Made by a program: the position numbers and the translations under genes. Positions 23,760 to 35,992 of a DNA stretch of 60,000 nt are shown here, one piece after another; position 1 is the first letter of the stretch, and each line of letters opens with the position of its first letter. The notes beneath the pieces were generated by a model, which saw only the letters and a program-made list of their open reading frames with translations, made no database searches and had not been told where the DNA came from. The DNA comes from Squalus acanthias (lineage: Eukaryota), in NCBI GenBank assembly GCA_030390025.1, contig CM059432.1:71488001-71548000 (forward strand), in the 5' to 3' direction.

Positions 23760-25126
23760 GGTGTCAAGAAATCTGTTTGATGCAAATAATCATTGTTTTA
23801 GCTCAGAACTGTTAAGGAAGCCAAACTAGTTGAATTTGATTAGATCTTGTTAAACTATCAATGAAATATGCTTCATTAAATCAAACAATTGTATATTTAG
23901 TTCCTTTTATGTTGATGTTTGTCCCTAAACAACATCTAATCAGATACTCGCAGATTAGTTTCAGATCAAAATTGATTGTTGGTTTGCTCATGTTTTATCA
24001 TTTGCAATTCCATAAAGTAGACTTGTGCAAAATTGCTTTTTCTTCAAATATATTTGGCACTCATCCGAGCCCTACACAATTGTCAACATATCAAAGCAAA
24101 CATAAAATGAAATTGAACACTTCAAGTTGCTGTGATGCACCATTGAATTTCATTCCAGGCCCTCAATCTGTACAGTCCAGATGGGAAGTGCATGTGTTTA
24201 CTTTTGAATGTCAATATTCATTCTCAGAGATTGTTGTGAACCATGTAACCCTCATTATTCATAAGGACATATTTCATCTGTGCCACCTTATGTTGTTGTA
24301 CAACAGGTGCTGGTCCAAGTAAGGTGTATTAAACATAGCAACTAACTTTCCCAGCAATCCAAAGCCGGTTTTAAAGCATATCAACATGAAAGTAACGGTA
24401 CAACTTGGAAGTCAGGATGCAAGCTGACTCTGAAGTGCACTGAAGCCAGGAGTTGTGAGATCATCTGTAATTAGCAATCTCATACTGCTTAAGCTTCACT
24501 TCTGCTGCAATAAAGCTCCAGTGGCAAAAGATATCAGTGGCTTAGCTATTGAGAGAAGTGTGTTTTCCTCCAGATTCCTTTAGTAATGATGACTGTCCTC
24601 CTGGACTTCAAAGATTTGGTTCAAAGATTTAGATGAAAGCTACTGTGCTAATTAAACCCATCCCGGATCTGTCCCGGTCTCAGTACCTTGTTGGAGTCAT
24701 GTGAATATTCAATCCATCCTCAAGGCAGCTGCTAAACACTTACCATCAAAGAAAAGAAGCTGTTTAGATGAGTGAAACACTTCAGCAAAGATAGTTCTCG
24801 GACTTTAAAGGAGAAAGAAAAACAGGAGCAGAAGAGCAGGTCGCCCTAACCTGGAGCATTAAAGCAGGGAGACAACTGAGAGCCCAAAGCCTGCAGCTGA
24901 CTATTTCAACATTTGCAAATGTGAACACAGCTATCTAAACACTGCAACAGAGCAGGAGTAAGAACATTTCAAGCCCAGCCCCCACTCCCACCCCAGTACT
25001 GCCTTCTATCAGCTACCCTAGTGCTACCATACCAAAGCTGCCAGACTTCAACACTCTTTACTGTGCCCTGCGGGCTCCACCTCCCAAGTGCCAGGCTCCT
25101 GATGGCCTGCTCTGCTCCCAAACCTT

Positions 25127-25410
25127 GATAAGAACATAAGAAATAGGAGCAGGAGTAGGCCAATCGGCCCCTCGCGCCTGCTCCGCCATTCAAAAAGATC
25201 ATGGCTGATCTGATCCTAACCTCAAATCTAAAGAACACAAGAAGTAGGAGCAGGACCCGGCCACTCAGCCCCTGGGCCCGCTCCGCCACCCACAGGGCCT
25301 TGACCGATCCGAACTTAGCCTCATGTCCAATTTCCTGCCCGCTCACCGTAACCCCTAATTCCCTTTACTTCTAGGAAACTGTCTATTTCTCTTTTAAATT
25401 TATTTAATGA
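25127..25410 (-). mobile_element. Short CR1 3' end with a duplicated terminal module
   Basis: Similar to 55401-55730, (ATAAGAAC)n tail. Confidence 0.85.
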
Positions 25411-25949
25411 TCCTAGCCATAAACAGCCCACTCCCTGCAGTAGTGCTTTGGAGTCAGAGGAGTACTGCTGCTCCTCCTGGCTCCACATGAAGTTATGTAT
25501 AGAAATACATACTTACATTCTTGTTGAGTCCTCATGTAGAACTCGTAATCCTGAGTGGAGCAGGCTGGCCATGTGCTCTGCTCTAAGCAGCTAAATCTCT
25601 GGTAGGGGTCCTTAAACAGCCAGAAGGCTCCTCATTTGCCGGTGCAAGGGGCCTAACGCCTGTTTCAGAGACACCTGCAAAGCCGACTTTATTAAGATGG
25701 TGGCTCCCCAATGCAGGTGCAGATCGGATGTTGCCCCCCAACCCCAACAAATTGGTCCATTTTGCTCATATTTTCCACCCAAAATACTGTGCAACAAGGA
25801 CCAATTTCCACCTCAGTCAGTCTAGTGTACAATTTGTCCATCACATTTATTTGTTACACTTCAGTGTCTGTGTTGCACTTTCAGCTGATTGGCTGAACAG
25901 CAACAAATAAGTAGGCACTGTATCACTTAGGAAGAACATTAAAAAAAAA

Positions 25950-27102
25950 CAAGAAAATCTTTGAAAAGTATAAGGAAACAAAAAAGGGAGGATTGGGATT
26001 CTAGCAAAAGGCACCTGAAGGTAGCTAAGGAAACAATTAGAAAAAGTAAAAGTAGAGACAAATCAGAGGGCAACAAATGGGAACCAAAGAGGTTTTACAG
26101 CCATGTTAACAGAAGAAGGAAGGTCAAGAACTGATGGTTTCATTAAAGGATAAATTAGGTAAAATGATTACAGATGGTCAGGACATGACAAGTATACTAA
26201 ATGGATTATTCATATCAGTCTTCATCAAGAAAGGACAGATAAGCCAATCATCTAAATTCCAGTCATAGTGAATGGAACTAAATGATCTATAGCACGTATA
26301 GAAGCAAATAGAGAATATGTTATGCAAAAACTGGAAGGATTAAATATCTATAAACCTCCTGGACTAGATGCGATAAATCCTAGAATCCTCGAGGAATTAA
26401 AGCAGCAGATTAGTGATGCTTTGGTTGATGTTTTTCAAAGCTCCATAAATAATGGATAAGAATTTGAGGACTAGAGGATAGCAAATGTAGTGCTATTATT
26501 TTAAAAGTTAATAAGGCAGAGACCTGATAATTACATGCCAGTTAGCATAGCATCAATTGTAGAAAAATGCTTGAATGAATTAGGCACCCCATTATACAAC
26601 GGATATAAAGGCAATGGAAAGGATGCTGCATGCAAGATTCACTAGGATGTCATCAGGAATGAAGGACTACAGTTATAAAGAGTTACTTGAGATCTTAAGG
26701 TTTTTTTTCCGTAGAGCTAAGCAGGTTAAGGGGTGACTTGATAGAGGTCTTCAAGAATAAGAAATGATGTGATAAGGTAAATAGTAATAGACTGTTTCCA
26801 CAGGTCCACAAGATAATAATAGGAGGGCACAAATTTTAAATAATGATGAAAAGTATTCGAGAGGTTAGAAAAATATTCTTCACACAGAAGATGGTTGGAA
26901 TGTGGAATTATCATAAACTGCTGTTGAAGCAGAGTCCATCAATTATTTTAATGACAATTGGATGATTGTTTGATGAAGAGAAATATTAAAAGGTATGGGG
27001 CCTGAGCAGGAGACTGGAATTAGACTAGGTGGCTCATGTGAAAAAAATGGCAGTGATGAGCCAAATGGCCTGTTTCTGTATTGCAATATGCTATATAATT
27101 CT
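25950..27102 (+). mobile_element. Highly decayed CR1 LINE with internal deletions
   Basis: Remnants of ILNG.FISVF, PGLD.I.PRIL.EL, ANVV.LF, LRGDLIEVFK, FTQ..VG.WN. Confidence 0.7.
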
Positions 27103-28634
27103 ACTACAACAACAACAACTTGCATTTATATAGTGCCTTTAACGTTAGCACAGCAGCAGCCTGGACTCTGCAAAGGAGTGGGGACCTTCAGAAAGAAATC
27201 AAAAATAAATCCATTTTTGTGTTTGCAACTAAGGTATAATTCTGATGGGAATCCAACAATCACAGTTGCAGGATGAATTATATACACTTCTGTGAGAATT
27301 TGGATGCAGGTGTAAGCTGGCAGAGCAAAGATCAGATTTAGAATTGCAATGGTAGTGGAGCTAAAATGCTAAAGGAAAATGAGCTTAAATAACTGCAGTA
27401 AGGCTTGTCTCTACAAACCCCACTTTCTTGCTTTTGCCCATAAAATTGGTGTCATATTTTCTTTCTTGTAAGTGTGAATTGATTGTGCCCCTACACAATG
27501 AGACATAAATTAAACATTACCTTACACACAATCTGGGAACCCAAACTAACAGAAATTGAAAATTATTTAATCATCGCTACTATTATGATGTGACATCAAA
27601 GTTTTGTGTTGATTTGAACTGGAACTGTGAACTACTGAAGTCAATACAGTCCTCCCTTAAAATAATACACTTCCTAGGAGGCAAGGGTGAGAACGAGGTT
27701 TTGTATTGTATTGTATATGTGAAGCATGTGTAAAAACATTATTGGAAGTATACAAATGTTAATATTATATATCATAATCAATGATGCTTTTCAGTCATTT
27801 CACATAACTTAGCATAGTGCAAAATACACTGGTCAATGTAATGTAGCTAATTTGTATCAACAATTGTAGCACTTATCCATTCATTGGTTAATACCAAATA
27901 AGAATGGAAAACGCTGGAGTTACACGGCAGGTCTATCAGCATCTGCAAAGAGAAAAGATCGGTTAATGTTTCAGGTGTAAACACATTGGCCTGGAATTTG
28001 CAGGTCGGGATGAGGGCGAACTGGCAGTGTTCGGTGTCATTCCGCCTTTGAAACTGACTGCTACTGCGGGATTTCCTGCAGATTCATGCAGATCTTTCCT
28101 TTCTTTTGTATCCCTAACTCCCATTCTGAATGCATTATTCTTAACATAGCCCTTTAACAAGCACCTTTTTACCTTTGTTTCAGTACTCTTCTGATACCCA
28201 TTTTAGACCATAAGACGGAGGCTAGCTATAATAATGGAAGAAATGTTCATATCCCCTTTTAATCATCAATTTCATTGCATCTACTTTTTTATTCTCATTA
28301 ACACTGAAAATCTCCAGGTTTCTAGCACAATTAGCAAGAGGACTGGTTGCAAAGGTAACAGTATGTTAGACAATCCTTTGTAAATTGGCAAAGGAGCACG
28401 TGCCTGGCTTTTAAGCAATGGATAATGCTTGAACAGATGGTAATCTTACAAAATTTAAAAAAGTCAGACTTTTTTGTGCTGTATCTGGAAACTACCCGCT
28501 CTCACTTTGAGATAAGAGAATTGCCTTAAGAATTTTATTGAATCTGCCCAGATGGAGATAGCCTCAAGCAAAATTAAATTAACCAAAACAAGATTCGGAG
28601 ATGAGAATTCCAACTGAGGTATCAAAGTGTTTAA

Positions 28635-28730
28635 ACAGAAACATAAAATGCTGGCAGCAGATCAGTCAGCATCTGTGGAGAGAACAGGAAAATTTATGTT
28701 TTGGCTGTGGACCCTTCTTCAGAACTGAAA
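28635..28730 (-). mobile_element. Decayed Penelope-like pLTR end with a degenerate hammerhead
   Basis: Resembles 39430-39525 (GCATCTGTGGAGAGA...ACCCTTCTTCAGAACTG). A similar remnant lies at ~27905-27980. Confidence 0.55.
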
Positions 28731-28861
28731 AATAAGAGGCAGAAAGGCATATTAATACAATCAGAAAAAGGGGAAGGGAACAAATATATATAATAAACAT
28801 AGAGAGGAAAGATGTAACAGATCATCTCAGTCAAGTAATGGACAGAGCATTAAAACATTAA

Positions 28862-29754
28862 GGGGTAGAAATTAGGTCGCGCCCCATTTGGGGCGCAAAT
28901 ATCGTCCGGACGCAAATATTAGCGCCTGGCGCTAATTATCGGCACTGACGGGAAACTTCACTTTTACCGCCCCAGGAGGTGAGTGGAGCGCTAAAGCAGG
29001 CGCTGCACACCTCTCTTAAGGCGCAAAGGCCGAGCAGTGAGGCACTAACTCGGAGCGCTGGCGAAGCTCATGTAATGTCAGTCAGCAATGGAACACACAC
29101 ACAATGGCACGGGCCAGTTCTTAAAGGGGATGGTTAATCTTGCTTTCCATCCACATCCTGTTCATTGCTGCCTTGAATCTCGGCCTGGAGAGACTTGCAC
29201 ATCAAATGTGCTGGAAAGAACAATGGAGAGCACCAGGCAAAGAGCTCAGAGTGCAGCTCCCACGGTCTCTGCTAAATCGATACAAGGAATGGCAAATCAA
29301 AATGAACCTGCAAAGTGCTGCTCAGTACCCAAAACTCCTTCACACAACGTTGAATCTCTCCAGAAGTCTCTCCCTCTCTCTCTCAGAATGCGTAGTTCAA
29401 AAATGCCACCAACAATAAAAGACAGGAAGAGGCCCCCTTTAAATAGTGCCACCCCCAGCCCCACAGCGATTGATAGCGTTCCAGTCTTCTGGTCGTTGGA
29501 AGCGCCAGGCGGTAAGGCAGGGGGCGCCACTCAATTTCCGCTACGGGGCGCCCCAAGGGCGTTGCACCATGGAATGATGTCACAATCTGCGCACGCAGGT
29601 GGTCGCAGCGGTAAGTTTTAGCGCCGCCGCACAATCTCAAGTTAAGTTCTCGAGCGGCGCAAACATCGCTGCGCCCGGGCGTTAGCGGCTTTGCGCCCCA
29701 TTAGCGCCCTCTTAAGGCGCTAACGGGTGGCGCAACCAAGTGAATTTTTACCCC
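28862..29754 (-). mobile_element. Non-autonomous Harbinger element (893-bp family, copy 3)
   Basis: Reverse complement of copy 1. TIR GGGGTAGAAATT / AATTTTTACCCC, TSD TAA (28859-28861, 29755-29757). Confidence 0.93.
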
Positions 29755-30199
29755 TAAAGAAATAATTAGACCTGCAAATTCCTAGTTCCCAAATGCATTG
29801 GTGTAAGTGTGGCAGAGTGGGACTTGTGTCTGTTGAAATTGGAGGAGGATGACCCCATCAAATATCTTGGGGTCAGTTAATTTCAACAATGCTGGTGGGA
29901 CAATGGTAAGAGTCCTGCCAGCAGGATACTCCTGGAGAGCCTGGGAAACTTGAGAAGGGGACAGAGCAAGAACACAACTTCTGTATTTAAAGAGGTCCAT
30001 GCACCCCATCTCCCCACCAGTGATACTTAAAGGGATCATGAAGTACTTACAGGTTAGTTGCTGGATTATTTCTTCTGACTGTTGGTGCAATTCTATATGT
30101 TTTTGGAGGCTTCCTATACTTGGCTAAAGTTTCAATAGTCTACAGGAAGTGGTCTGGCTGGTGCTGAAGTACATTTTTTAGTCATATAAAATATTGTGC

Positions 30200-33100
30200 T
30201 GAAAGAAGTTGCTTCCAGATATGGTGGCCTGGTTGGGCTTCCTCTGGGAATTGAACATGACTGGGAGAATGAAGAGAGGTCACATAGAGCAAGACAAGCT
30301 GCTAGAAGAAGGAGGAGGAGGAGGGGGAGAAGGGCACTCAGCAGGAGGCCATATCCATAAAGGGTCTTTAGGGAGAAATTCTCTTACCTTAACATCAGCG
30401 AGGACCAATGCATGTGACCTCTTCGCTTCACTAAAGAGGTCGTGAGTGAAATCTGCCAAATGCTGCAGTCACAACTGAAGCTTCAAAGCAGGGCAAGGAC
30501 AGCATTGCCTGTGACTGTCAAGGTGACTGTAGCTCTTAATGTTTATGCATCTGGTTCCTTTAGTAAACAGCTCACAGTCTGCAGTGCACTGCTGCATAAT
30601 GGAGGTAACTGAGGCTCTCTATACGAAGAGAAACACATTAATCTCATTCCCTCTTGCGAGAGACAAGCAGGAGGAGCCAGCATGAGGTTTTGCACTGATT
30701 GCAGGCTTCCTCATGGTGCAGGGTGCCATTGACTGCACACACATTGCCTTGCATGCTCCTCATCTGAACTCGGCCATTTTCATCAACCAAAAGTGATTCC
30801 ACTCCCTCAATGTGCAGCTGGTGTGTGACCACAGGCAGCGCAGCATGCAGGTAAATGCCCATTATCCTGGCAGCAGTCATGATTCTTTCATTCTGCGACA
30901 GTCCTCTGTTCCACCTGTATTTAAACCACCAAAGCAAGTCGAAGGCTGGCTGCTAGTCAACAAGGGTTATCCCCTCATGACATGGCTCATGACTCTGGTC
31001 AGGAACCCACGCACATGTGTGCAGCAGGCATACAATGAGAGCTATGCTGCTACAAGGAACATTATAGAGCACATCATTGGCATCCTCAAGCAATGCTGCC
31101 TGGACCGTCTTGGAGGAGCATTGCAGTACTCACCTGAGCAGGTAGCAAGATTTCAGAAAGTATGCTGCATGCTGCGCAACCTGGCTATTATGAGGGAACA
31201 GCCTTTGCCACCACCTATTAAGCGAGAAGCTGAGGAACAGGAGCACGAGGCGGAAGAGGAGGAAGTGGAGGAGAAGGAAGTGCAAGAGGAAGTGGAGAAG
31301 GAGGAAGAGGAAGGGAGGCTACAATATAGACAGCCTCTTTCTGCCCAGGCTCTACATGATCAGATTATTCATGAGCGATACCAGCAATCCTGTTGATCTG
31401 CTGGAGAACAGATTGATGAACTGCTGTGACGCCTTCGAAGCCCCTTTGAACAGTAGTATCCAGAGCCACAATGGCAGCAGTCTGAGCTTGCAAGGCAGCA
31501 GTCTGAGATGCCACTGCAGCACTCAGACTTTTGATGAAAGCTGCTTGTGCTGCAATAGAAGCTGTGACATCAGCCACCAGATGCTGCATCATGGTGGGTT
31601 CCACAGGTGTGCTGATTGAGGTGGACCACCAGTTCCATGTTGGAAAAGGTGGACTCCAAGCTCTGTGCATAGCTTTGTGCCAAGTTGGTGCTGGACTCCT
31701 CCATTCTACTTGACATTGAGCACAGGCTTTCTTGTAGGATTTCCAGTGCACCAAGCATTTGGTTGTGTACACCCATCAGTCTTCTTCTGTAGCTTGGGCC
31801 ATCAAAGTCCTCATCTGAGTCCACTGCAGCAGAAATAATGTGTGACTTCACCCTTCGGCGAGCAGGCATCTGCGCTATCCTTGCCCCCCCCACCCCCACC
31901 CTGGCTCCTGTGCACTTGTGCCCAGTTTCTCACCACATGCATATGCCCCCTCTATCCTAGCCTCTAAAATACATGCTGTGTCAATTTCAAGCTGGTGGCT
32001 GCGAGTGTAAGATCGAGTGACGGTGTCTCTTCATCATCACTGTCTTCTTCCTCTTCCTCCTCTAACTGGGAAGGTTCCAATTCTTGGCTATCTGAAATGA
32101 AAAAGGGACAAGGTTTGGGTTCTGATGAGGGGAGAGGAGAAAGTAAGAAGTGCCTGATTACAACATCTGTAGCTTGTGAGTCAAAAGAGATTCAGTAATG
32201 CCAACCCCACAGTCTCAAAACTCAAGAGACAAACTCTCAAGAATCAAGAGATTTGGTATATAAATCATGAGTTGCTATTTTTCAAACATAAACAAATAGA
32301 GATTGGCAGTTAGCTTATAAAACTCATTAATGGCTTATTTAATTTCTAACAGGTCAGTGCTCTATACAAAAACTATTACTGCACCTGAAAATGCTGTACA
32401 AAAAACCTTTAAAAAAAATCCTAGCTTGTCCGTGCCCAGGTGGCCTGGAGAAGGAGCATGTGGTGTCCGCCGGTACATTTGAGGCCTTTCGCGACCAGTG
32501 GGTACCGCAGGGACTGGCGTGTGTGCTGGACAAGGGTGATAATATTTCATTTTAAAAGTTTCCTTTTGTTTTAGTTCTTTATTAGTTGTGCCCCTATAAA
32601 AAAGGGGGCACTTTTGTTCGATGGGAAGACCCCAATGTCTCCTTATTGATTTATTAGAAAAAGCAACAAAAAAGATCTTATGCAACCTGCAGCTACAGTA
32701 ATGTATTTTGCATCCTGAGCATTGCATGTAGTGCATTGCCCCTTTAAGAATTGTCAAGTGGGGGGAGGAATCGAAACAAAGCCCGGTGGAGCTGGTCCCG
32801 CCTTCTTTTTGGGCAGCCATGTCTGATTGGTCAGCACAGACGTCAGTCGCGGCGTTATGGTACCCAGACGTCAACGACCTGCAAGCTTGTCTTCCGGTGA
32901 GGGAGCGAGGCTGCAGAGAAACGGACGCCATGTTTGATTGTGGAGTGTAATCTGCTGCCCGCCTTAAAAGCCCTGAGATTTGTGAGTTCTATTGTGAGAT
33001 CATGAGTGAGGCTTAATTTTACTTAGAAATCGCATCTCTCGTGATAAATTCGCGAGACTTGGCATGTCTGGAGATTGTGGGATGAGGGAGAAGTGGGATG

Positions 33101-34104
33101 GGAGAAGGAGGATTAGGTATGCAGATACCCTCATCAATGATCCCTCCAGCCCTGCCTGTGGCCACAGCTTCACCAATGCCACTTCCCATGATGGTCAGCA
33201 CTGTTTCCTCCATGGGAGTTAAAACATGCAGGCGTGCTTCTCCTCCTCCAGTTCTTTCCGGCTGCCTCTTGTTATGTCCCAGTTTCTCCGGCAAGGAAGA
33301 GGGAAATGCGTCAGTGAGTGTCCTGCAATATGTTTGGGTGATGTGGCTGTCATGGTAGAATAGCTGCCAGTGTGTGCAAGCTGTGAGATGTGGGTGTGAG
33401 GCTTGCAACAGTGCTAAGTGTGTGAGGGTGAGGTAAAGCATATGAATTGAAGAGTTGAGTACTGATTGATAGAGATTGTTGGTAGGTGGGTGATGGGGGT
33501 GTGGTGAATTGAGCAGTGGATGAGGCGAGTGGAGCAGTTGGTAGGAAATGCCTTTTGACGATTGAATTCACTCACCTCATGTCAGATCGTTAAGCTTCTT
33601 CTTGCACTGCATCCATGTTCTTGGAGCTACACTCCCGGCAATGACCTCCGCCTTTACTACTTCCCACTGACTCCTGAGCATATGTCTCGAAGGCCTCCTG
33701 TCCCCTTGCGGATACAAGTTGTCTCTTTTTCTCTCCATGTCTTGCACCAGTTTATTGTCAGAAAACCTTGGTGCACGCTCTCTCGCATGTTCAGCCATTC
33801 TTCAATCTTTCACAGCACAGAATCGCTTCACAAAGGACTCGCACCACTTCTTCCAGCCACAATGTACCTTCCCTTTAAGAGGTGCAGGCTACCTTTAAGT
33901 AGCGCTGGGCACTCGCGATATCGGGCCCCTGCTGATGCATGCAGCCAATGAACAGTGTGGGTAGCACTGGCTGCATGCAGCAGTCATGTCAAAAAGCAGG
34001 CAGCACCAATTTAACATGTTGCCTGCAACACAATGAACAGGTGCCAATTAACCGTGTACCGCGATCCCCATGCCTGGTTTTGGGGGTTATCCAATTTAAT
34101 CCCC
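30200..34104 (+). mobile_element. Decayed Harbinger: transposase ~30221-31385 (+), Myb-like gene ~33798-31387 (-), right TIR
   Basis: GAIDCTHI, VQLVCDH, YPGSSHDSFIL, acidic tail. MAEHARERAPRFSD...RTWMQCKKKLNDLT. End AATTTAATCCCC. Confidence 0.88.
32193..33070. mobile_element. Non-autonomous TIR element with a 6-bp TSD (hAT-like termini) containing a Tx1 fragment
   Basis: Ends CAGTAATGCCAA / TTGGCATGTCTG, TSD GAGATT (32187-32192, 33071-33076). Sits in a Harbinger intron that is uninterrupted in other copies. Confidence 0.75.
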
Positions 34105-35797
34105 AGTTTCTCCTTATTTACTCTATCAAAACCCTTCAAAATTTTGGACACCTTCTATCTCCCCTTAACCTTCTCTGCTCTAAGGAGAACAATCCCAGTT
34201 TCTCTAACTTCACCACATAACTGAAGTCTCTGTCATCAGTGCCGCCTTTGTCATCTGGTTGAAGATCCTCATCCAATGCTGCACCATGTATCAAAGCTGT
34301 CTTGCCTGCAGCGGACCACTATGATACAGGACAAACTCCATGAGCTGTATTAGAGGAAGCCACCAGACCTGCACAGGCAGCAGGTATAACTGAAGGTGGG
34401 GCCTTATCCTGTGTGTCTCTCTCATTTCCACTTTCTCCTGTTCCTGTCTGCCACCATCAAAAGGACATATATAGGAATGGCCATCGAGAACCCCATGACA
34501 ACGGCTCCATGACAGAGTGTGGGTAAGGAAATCATTCCCTTCTTGAAGCTGCTAAAGAGCAGTTTGCAGAATTCTTTCTTAGTTGCGCAGCTGAGATAAG
34601 ATTTTTCAAATTACTTTAGTCAAAGCTTATGGTTCAGATAAAGGTTTTTGGACATTCAAAGCCTGTGAACTCAACCACTGACAATTTATGCTGATAACTT
34701 ACCCCTCTTTTCTATAGCTGCAATTCTGGTATAAATGGCAGAGTTTCTGGGACAGCAGCTTTCCCCTCATTATCTTGTCATTTGCAAACAACACCACTTT
34801 ATGGGGCGGATGAACCTGCTGCCACTAGCCAATTTTACTGGAATTTAGTATCTATTTTAGAATGGGTGTAGCTTTAGCATATCTGACTTACACTCCAAAT
34901 TCTGATTCTCTTCCAGAACTGGACCACTTTTGCACTAAATAAAAACATAATTTTCAGGCTCCGGAAGCATAAGTATGGCAGAAGAACCTCTGGCCCCAGT
35001 CCAAAGCTGGTGACACCGTCCCAATTCTCAGGATCATTTGGATGGATGAAGCAGTCGGGTCACTCATCAACGGGACCACTTTGAGCACTGGCTGGAATGT
35101 TGGAGTGGTGCCCTGACCTCCAATGGTGGACAGGAGGCCCAGCAACACTCCAATGAAAATTCTTCTCTTCACGTGGAGAAAGTGGCACCTTTGAGAAAAT
35201 AATCAATCACCTCTGTAAAGGTTTAGGACTTCTTAGTTCCCTCAGCGGGATGCATGCCAATGCTCAGCTGGTATGAGTTCTCCTGAAGTCTATGTAAAGG
35301 ACTAGAAAGGCAGAGGAACCTTGTTGTGCAGATACACAGATCATTAAAGTTGAAAGCATAAGTAGATAAGGGATGGGAATTTCCTTTGAGCTGCTCCCAT
35401 TCCACATCTGTAACTTCACTGGAAGTGCAGCAGAAGCTCCCTTTATGCTCATAAAATCTTACTATTTGATGTGTATTATTTCACATTTTTCTACATTTTA
35501 CTGCATCTGCCACCTATCTGCCCATCCTGCTTGTCTATCTATGTCCTCCTAGAGTCTTTTATAATCTTCATCACAATTTACTATATCCGTCCATTTAGTA
35601 TCAACAAATTTTGATATTAAATCCTCAATCGCTAAATCCCAATCATTTATGTAAATTATAAGTAAGAACCGTCCCATCACAGACCTCTGAGGAACACCAC
35701 TCACCTCATTTTTCCAATCCAAGAAGCTTCCTTTAAGCACCACTCTTTGCTTTATAACCATCTCTCTATCCACATGGCCATGTTCCCCTTAATTCCC

Positions 35798-35992
35798 TGT
35801 GAGAAGTCGCACAACACCAGGTTATAGTCCAACAGCTTTATTTGAAATCACAAGCTTTCGGAGCGCTGCTCCTTCGTCAGGTGAAGTGCGTCGAAAGCTT
35901 GTGATTTCAAATAAAGCTGTTGGACTATAACCTGGTGTTGTGCGACTTCTCACATTTGTCCACCCCAGTCCAACACCGGCATCTCCACATCA
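35798..35992. mobile_element. Miniature palindromic Penelope-like insert
   Basis: 63-bp perfect inverted arms (35798-35860, 35892-35954), 38-nt tail, 13-bp TSD TTAATTCCCTGTG (35789-35801, 35993-36005). Confidence 0.88.
35848..35884 (-). ncRNA. Minimal type I hammerhead ribozyme
   Basis: UCAC-CUGACGA-A-GGAGC-AGC-GCUCC-GAAA-GCUU-GUGA: conserved core, 5-bp stem II, 4-bp stem I, palindromic stem III. Confidence 0.85.

Noticed and set aside
23861..24960. 153-aa ORF and adjacent unique-looking sequence
   Set aside because: AT-rich, no motif or splice support. Non-coding conservation cannot be judged without alignments.
34950..35230. Possible host exon after TTTTCAG
   Set aside because: Stops in the + frames and no recognisable protein. 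More likely decayed repeat sequence.
35798..35954. Pre-miRNA or MITE interpretation of the hairpin
   Set aside because: The hammerhead core, one-sided tail and 13-bp TSD fit a Penelope-type insertion better.
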